Assembly: GCA_964400655.1 (NCBI GenBank)
Contig: CAYNVN010000121.1
Location: 2,770 to 66,769, forward strand
Direction: 5' to 3'
DNA: 64,000 bases
From: an uncultured Lentimicrobiaceae bacterium
GTDB taxonomy: Bacteria > Bacteroidota > Bacteroidia > Bacteroidales > F082
In this document: piece after piece, positions 57,957 to 64,000 of the stretch
Layout: each line of letters begins with the position of its first letter
Position numbering within the stretch: the first letter of the stretch is position 1
Made by a program: the position numbers and the translations under genes
The notes under the pieces: model-generated
The model's database searches: none
What the model was told of the DNA's origin: nothing
The model's input: the letters and a program-made list of their open reading frames with translations, nothing else

Positions 57957-59081
57957 CTAAAATTTGTACTGATAGATTCTGTACTTTTTGTACATCTCGG
58001 CATTAATATTTTTTAAAGCGCGGTTCATCATGATATTATCTTCCAATATCCAGCTTGCTTCTCCCGTATAGTAGCCTCTTTTGGTTCCGTTATGAAATGT
58101 TTTTGCATACATACAGGCATCGATACCGGTTTTACGATAATTCTCCAAAATACCAAGTGTTAATACTCTTACACTTTTTACTTTTTTCTTAAAATTGATA
58201 AGTTTCAGGAAATTAAACGGAAAAAGTTTACCGTTTCTTATCTTTATAAATATTTCGTTAATATTCGGTATTGTGGCCGAAAAAGCCACGGGTTTTCCGT
58301 TATCCTCAACCATAAATACCAAATCGGGGGTAGTAATCATTTTTAACTCTTTTACCAAAGCATCAAACTCTTCCACGGTCATGGGAATAAATCCCCAATT
58401 ATCTTTCCATGCTTCATTGTATATGTACCGAATTTTAGGAATTTCCTCCTTCATATTATTAAAATCAACCTGCCGGATGATGATCCCCTGCGATTTCAGC
58501 CGTTCCTCAATTTTGGCACTCAAACTCAACATCCGCTCCGGAATCTCCTTATGACGCAGATACCAGGCAAACAAATCCATTCGTTTTTCCAGTCCGTAAT
58601 CAAGGAAAAGGCTATCGTAATACGCTTTGTTGTGGGTCATCATAACAAACGGTGGTGTATCAAAACCTTCTACCAACGTACCACATGGATCGTTGGTTGA
58701 CGGATTCATGGGGCCGTACATACCATCCACCCCTTTATCTTTTAGCCAGGCAACGGCCGTATCAAATAACGCTTTGGCAACCTCTTTATCTTCAACAGAT
58801 TCAAAAAATCCGAAAAAACCATAATTCTCTTTCCAGTGGTCAACATAGGCCTGATTGGTAATGGCCGCTATCCTACCAACAACCTCCCCGTTACCATTAG
58901 TTGCAATAAAATACTCTGCTTCACCATGCTTAAAAAAAGGATTCTTCTTTTTATCCAGTGTCTCTTTGGTCATAAGCCTGAGTTCAGGAACATAATTCTT
59001 ATCATCTTTATAATGATTGTAAGGAAAATCAATAAATTTCTTTATCCCCTTTTTATCATTAACCTTTTGTACTGTTATCAT
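57957..59081 (-). CDS. GNAT-like N-acyltransferase-family protein of unknown specificity (374 aa)
   Basis: The N-terminus MITVQKVNDKKGIKKFIDFPYNHYKDDKNYVPEL resembles a widespread ~370-aa family annotated as GNAT N-acetyltransferase (recollection). Divergent from spt. Confidence 0.45.
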   Translation of the reverse strand: MITVQKVNDKKGIKKFIDFPYNHYKDDKNYVPELRLMTKETLDKKKNPFFKHGEAEYFIATNGNGEVVGRIAAITNQAYVDHWKENYGFFGFFESVEDKEVAKALFDTAVAWLKDKGVDGMYGPMNPSTNDPCGTLVEGFDTPPFVMMTHNKAYYDSLFLDYGLEKRMDLFAWYLRHKEIPERMLSLSAKIEERLKSQGIIIRQVDFNNMKEEIPKIRYIYNEAWKDNWGFIPMTVEEFDALVKELKMITTPDLVFMVEDNGKPVAFSATIPNINEIFIKIRNGKLFPFNFLKLINFKKKVKSVRVLTLGILENYRKTGIDACMYAKTFHNGTKRGYYTGEASWILEDNIMMNRALKNINAEMYKKYRIYQYKF

Positions 59082-59221
59082 GGTAATTATTTTTTATTAC
59101 AACCTCCAAATTTAATATTTTCTCAATACTAATAAAATAATCGCTATTTTTGAACTCGAACAATATCCATGATAGATATTTTTAATTGATTTTCAATTAT
59201 TAAAACAAAATAATTTATTTT

Positions 59222-60409
59222 ATGACCGAACTACAAAAGCGAGCCGCTGCCTATACCGAGCCACAAAAAGTTAAAGAGGCGGGAATTTATCCCTATTTCA
59301 GGGTACTTCAGTCGGGACAGGATAAAGAGGTGGTTATCGACGGAAAAAAGGTGTTGATGTTTGGTTCAAATAACTATCTGGGACTAACCAGTCATCCTCG
59401 CATTAAAGAAGCGGCCATTGCGGCCATAAAAAAATACGGATCGGGAACTGCAGGCTCCCGTTTTCTGAACGGAACACTTGATATCCATCTGGAACTGGAA
59501 GAAAAACTCGCAAAATTTGTGGGTAAAGACGAAGCCATTACCTATTCAACGGGGTTTCAAACCAACCTCGGTGTAATTTCAGGAATTATCGGACGAAACG
59601 ACTGCATCATCATTGATGAACAGGATCATGCTTCACTTATTGACGGCACTCGTTTGTCGTTTGGAAAAGTATATAAATACAAGCACAACGACATGGAGTC
59701 GCTGGAAAAGGTACTGATTCGTCAAAACAACTATGCTCTTAAGCTGATTATTCTGGATGGCATCTTCAGCATGGAAGGCGACATTGCCCGTTTAGATGAG
59801 GTGGTAAGACTTGCCGAAAAATATAATGCTTCTATTTTGGTTGATGATGCACATGGCTTGGGTGTTTTGGGCGAAAGAGGAAAAGGCACCGCTAATCACT
59901 TCGGTGTAACCGATAAAGTAGAGATGATTACCGGAACTTTTAGCAAATCGCTTGCTACGGTGGGGGGATTTGTTGCCGGTTCAAAGGAGATAATCAACGT
60001 ATTGCGCCATGTTTCACGAAGTTTTATTTTTAGTGCCAGTTTGCCACCGGCTTCAACGGCATCGGTAATTGCCGCACTGGAACTAATTGAAGAACAGCCC
60101 GAAATAGTTGACAACCTTTGGAAAAACGCCAACCTTTCCATTAAACTATTTAACCATTACGGCATTGACATCGGTAATTCAGAAACCCCAATCATTCCGG
60201 TTTATATCCGCGATAACGAAAAAACGTTTTACATAACAAAACTGTTACTGGAAGAGGGTATTTTTGTCAATCCGGTTATTTCGCCGGCAGTACCACCCGA
60301 GCACTCGCTGCTTCGTTTCTCGCTGATGGCAACCCACTCAACCGAAGAAATTGAATATACCATAGAAAAAATTTACAAAACGGGTAAAAAAATCGGTTTG
60401 TTTGATTAG
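59222..60409 (+). CDS. spt: alpha-oxoamine synthase family PLP enzyme, most likely serine palmitoyltransferase
   Basis: GIYPYFR, VLMFGSNNYLGLT, KKYGSGTAGSRFLNGTLDIHLELE, YKYKHNDMESLEKVL, DGIFSMEGDIARL and the GTFSKSLATVGGF Lys motif. It closely recalls Bacteroides SPT rather than BioF/Kbl. The family call is certain; the subfamily is inferred. Confidence 0.75.
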   Translation: MTELQKRAAAYTEPQKVKEAGIYPYFRVLQSGQDKEVVIDGKKVLMFGSNNYLGLTSHPRIKEAAIAAIKKYGSGTAGSRFLNGTLDIHLELEEKLAKFVGKDEAITYSTGFQTNLGVISGIIGRNDCIIIDEQDHASLIDGTRLSFGKVYKYKHNDMESLEKVLIRQNNYALKLIILDGIFSMEGDIARLDEVVRLAEKYNASILVDDAHGLGVLGERGKGTANHFGVTDKVEMITGTFSKSLATVGGFVAGSKEIINVLRHVSRSFIFSASLPPASTASVIAALELIEEQPEIVDNLWKNANLSIKLFNHYGIDIGNSETPIIPVYIRDNEKTFYITKLLLEEGIFVNPVISPAVPPEHSLLRFSLMATHSTEEIEYTIEKIYKTGKKIGLFD

Positions 60410-60491
60410 CAGGTAAAAGTGTCTAAAGTGTAATGTCAGTGCCCGTAATACATTGACCACTCTTTTTATGATAAAAACAGGGAAAAGGTAT

Positions 60492-61955
60492 TTAATACCG
60501 ATAACTAAGCGTTAAAACAGCCTGATAATCTTTTTCGTTGATTTTTGAGGGTGCAGTATAAAAGTTTTCGGAGGTATAAAGATAATAATCGCTTTTTTTA
60601 TTCCCGTACACAAAAGCAAAATCAACACTAAAACCGTTATAACTATAACCAATCCCTCCGGTAAAATACTGTTTTTGGCCGTCGTTTAAATTGTTTTGAT
60701 ACGGACTTGCATAAAGTGCATAACCGCCTCTGAAGCTAAAAACACCTGCCCGTATTTCAACACCGCCTCTAAAATTGCTTGTGCCCGTGTAATAATTTTG
60801 GATATCGGCATTGGTTCCCGAGGCATAGTCAACCCCGTTGGCTTTAAATTTGGCTGTCGAATAATCAACATACTCATATTCAAAAGTAAAAAATCCGTAT
60901 TTCTTAAAAACAAGGGCAACATCACCGATAAAACGCATCGGAGTGTGCAGTTTATAATCAAACAAACCGTCGGGAGAGGAATGGCTGAAACTGTTCCATT
61001 CCAAATCGGAGTTAAAAATGGTGTACCACCTGTCGGTTAACGAATACCATGTGGGAGAGTGATAGGCCCCTCCAATGCGCAGCCAGTCGGTTGGCCGGTA
61101 GATCAAACCTACTTTAACATTGAATCCTATTCCCGTAGTCTCCAGATATTCATACATCGACCATGAAGAAAAATAGGGAATAGTATCCATTACATCCGAT
61201 TCGCTGTAAGTTGTTTGTCTGAAATACCTTGTGTAAGGCATGCCAAGGGTTAATCCGAAATAGAGTTTATCATCAAAATTAGCTCCAAAGGAAAAGTCGT
61301 ACTCATTGGTTGAGCCTCTGCTTGCCACAATTTCCTTTTGAAGAGTACCGGCAAAAGGAACCGGTGTATAATACAAATCCGTATATCCCGGAATGGTATC
61401 AAGAAGCACCGTCCACCATGCAGGCGTTAAATCGTAAGAGTACCATCCGTTTTTATCATTTTCAATATCGCCGTAATACGTACCGTCGGCTTGCTCCAAA
61501 AAGACATCAAGTTTGGAGTTATCACCGTTTTTACCGATAATTGTCCGGTTGGTATTGAAATTATTCAGCCTGTTAAAACCAAAGGCAAATTGCATATATT
61601 TTAATCCTGCAGCATTATGTCCCGGTCTTGCCGTTGAAACAACGCCAAAGTTGCTCAGGTCAAAAACGGTTCTTGTATCTTCGGCACTACTTCCGTAATA
61701 AAGGGCCGATGTGTTTCGTGTAAAAACTTCGGGTGTAATGCTGTATTCGTCTTTGCGATAGAGGCCCAGTCCGGCCGGATTGGTTGTTAGTGTGGAAAGG
61801 TCGGACCCCAAAGCACCGAAAGCACTTCCCACTGCCATATTTCTTGCCGTTCCCTGATAGTATTGTTGTGAAATCCTTAGTGCATCGCTGGCATATTGTG
61901 AATATGCAGACGTTGCTAACACAATTATTACAGATATGAGGATAACTCGTTTCAT
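60492..61955 (-). CDS. FadL/OmpP1-like outer-membrane beta-barrel protein
   Basis: Signal peptide and N-terminal ...GSAFGALGSDLSTLTTNPAGLG, typical of the FadL/TodX family. The C-terminus ...AVLTLSYRY is a beta-barrel end. Confidence 0.55.
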   Translation of the reverse strand: MKRVILISVIIVLATSAYSQYASDALRISQQYYQGTARNMAVGSAFGALGSDLSTLTTNPAGLGLYRKDEYSITPEVFTRNTSALYYGSSAEDTRTVFDLSNFGVVSTARPGHNAAGLKYMQFAFGFNRLNNFNTNRTIIGKNGDNSKLDVFLEQADGTYYGDIENDKNGWYSYDLTPAWWTVLLDTIPGYTDLYYTPVPFAGTLQKEIVASRGSTNEYDFSFGANFDDKLYFGLTLGMPYTRYFRQTTYSESDVMDTIPYFSSWSMYEYLETTGIGFNVKVGLIYRPTDWLRIGGAYHSPTWYSLTDRWYTIFNSDLEWNSFSHSSPDGLFDYKLHTPMRFIGDVALVFKKYGFFTFEYEYVDYSTAKFKANGVDYASGTNADIQNYYTGTSNFRGGVEIRAGVFSFRGGYALYASPYQNNLNDGQKQYFTGGIGYSYNGFSVDFAFVYGNKKSDYYLYTSENFYTAPSKINEKDYQAVLTLSYRY

Positions 61956-62009
61956 GCTGTTTTGTATGAAAGTTAAAAATTAGATTAATTAAGAAAAGGT
62001 GGTGCCGTT

Positions 62010-64000
<1,991 letters not shown>

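Overview
AT-rich chromosomal segment with hallmarks of Bacteroidota: a T9SS C-terminal sorting domain, TAnnTTTG -7 boxes, GH97/GH3/GH29 enzymes, a Bacteroides-type serine palmitoyltransferase and an RRM RNA-binding protein. I recognise about 50 protein-coding genes. I found no rRNA, tRNA, CRISPR array, integrase or transposase. Main blocks, in order: (1) 1889-9838 (-), an eight-gene, tightly coupled inositol-lipid operon: MIPS, PIP synthase, PgpA-type phosphatase, GtrA, a DUF5686-like OM protein, an SDR, a DUF4833-like protein and a PAP2/IPC-synthase-like protein. (2) 9839-10350, an intergenic region with three copies of one 20-bp palindrome, facing a TetR gene and a lipoprotein metallophosphoesterase / beta-barrel / OMPLA-like operon. 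(3) Surface lipoproteins, a T9SS cargo protein and a Pif1/RecD-like helicase. (4) A TTT transporter with an apparent TctC-TctB fusion, plus a GH3. (5) An octaheme c-type cytochrome with a cytochrome b-PAS-PAS fusion. (6) An L-fucose utilisation cluster: GH29, RhaD-type aldolase, fucP, fucI, fucK. (7) Housekeeping genes: trkAH, ybdL/yafV-like, histidine kinase, GH97, adenine deaminase, ArsR, dprA, LptD-like, amidase-SPOR, MlaD. (8) spt, divergent from a GNAT-like gene. (9) A FadL-like barrel preceded by an extreme low-complexity lipoprotein (Tyr/Gly/Trp/Pro repeats, then an Arg/Ser/Gly/Thr tail). (10) The 5' part of proS. The best candidates for undescribed biology are the accessory genes inside the inositol-lipid operon with its palindromic operator system, the cytochrome b-PAS-PAS partner of the octaheme cytochrome, and the low-complexity lipoprotein/barrel pair. 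All family assignments come from motif recognition by eye; no database search was run.
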